From contig FLMG01000116.1 in NCBI GenBank assembly GCA_900088475.1, positions 1 through 64,000 of the forward strand: 64,000 bases of DNA, written 5' to 3'. Position 1 is the stretch's first letter. The number at the start of each line of letters is the position of its first letter. This stretch comes from Hyphochytrium catenoides (lineage: Eukaryota; Protista; Hyphochytriomycota). The position numbers were made by a program, and so were the translations under genes. Positions 63,076 to 64,000 of the stretch are shown here, one piece after another. The notes below the pieces were generated by a model. It was not told where the DNA came from and ran no database searches. It saw only the letters and a list, made by a program, of their open reading frames with translations.

Positions 63076-64000
63076 TCAAAATCTTACTGTAGCTAAATCA
63101 GGCCGTGCACGGTTGCACATTTCGCAATAAAACTGAGAGTCCGCGTTGAAGTAAGTACATCCACCTTGCTCAGAGGCACAAATCCACTTTCCCGGTGGCA
63201 CCTCCCTCTTCCCAGTCCATCCGAGGTCACACATTGCACATATTTTGTCCTCAATAGAGTTTACAAAGGTGCAGTTGTTGCATCTCCATGTCTGTGGCTT
63301 GGCTTCTTCGGAAGGACGCTCGCCTTGCGCATATGGATTCCTGGCCTGACAAATGGCACAAGCCGCCGATTCTCCAGCGTTCAGATAAGTGCACGCCTCA
63401 CATACCCATTCAGAGGGCAAATCAATTTCCCCGCCCCTGGGGCTCTCAGTCTTGACTTTCAAAATGACGAAAGTGGAGCTGAACTCCTCCCAGTCGATCA
63501 CACTGTAACGAGTACAACGAAGGGGTTTAGTTAGGACTTCAATGCACTTAGAAGCGCAACTGACCAAGAGGTGTGGGGAAAGAGTTCACTTTAAGATCTT
63601 CCAAGGTGACTGCGAGCCATAGGGAGAACAGGAGGCCTGCGCTGTCAGGACATATAAACACGTACCCATCGCCCTTCTGGTCAGCCACGTGAATGACCTC
63701 AATAATATCTCCTGCAGAGAAGCCAAGCTTCAGAGATTCGAATAGTCGCTGTGTCTCATCAAAAGTGAGTCTCCCGTCATTATCAAGGTCAAATGTCCTG
63801 AACGTATCCTCCATGTCGAGCTTTTTGATCTTGATCTCGGAGTTAACCTTCAAATTGAAATCGTCAGAAAGGGATGCTTATATACCATGTCATTCCTTCA
63901 AAGGAGGGCCGCAAAGCAACTGGCCATCGTAACATAACCTTCTTTATCACTCGAACGTGGAGGTACTAATGCTGATTGCACCGTTTGGCCCCTCACCTGT
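63076..64000 (-). CDS. 3' part of a gene with two EF-hands and three RanBP2-type zinc fingers (5' end outside window)
   Basis: DLDNDGRLTFDE and spliced DQKGDG|VIDWEE EF loops; WVCEACTYLN…CAIC, WRCNNCTFVN…CAMC, WICASEQGGCTYFN…CEMC. Confidence 0.85.

Overview
Gene-dense, intron-rich eukaryotic nuclear DNA, probably a stramenopile protist (inferred from the RPL27 and housekeeping protein sequences). Most genes are spliced (GT-AG), so the ORF track fragments or misses several. By joining exons manually I find, left to right: a secreted expansin-like protein (DPBB+CBM63) with a long Pro/Thr tail running off the left edge; an unknown coiled-coil gene head-to-head with Borealin; HAS1/DDX18; stomatin-like protein 2; DOHH; ATAD3; RPL27; a degenerate RFC-small-subunit-like AAA+ protein with C-terminal zinc fingers; a roughly 4,700-aa VPS13 carrying C2, 2xRPEL, RA-like, DEP-split PH, PDZ and extra PH domains; tRNA-Glu(CTC); SNF2/BRM (with an N-gap); PIG-V; PDH E1 beta; a small secreted Cys-repeat protein; Enhancer of polycomb; a microcephalin-like BRCT protein; and the 3' end of an EF-hand/RanBP2-zinc-finger gene. 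The best novelty candidates are the RPEL/RA/DEP/PDZ-decorated VPS13, the RFC-like pseudo-ATPase, the expansin with a CCAAT-array promoter, and a hairpin-dense candidate structured RNA upstream of PDH E1 beta. All domain calls come from motif recognition by eye; no searches were run.
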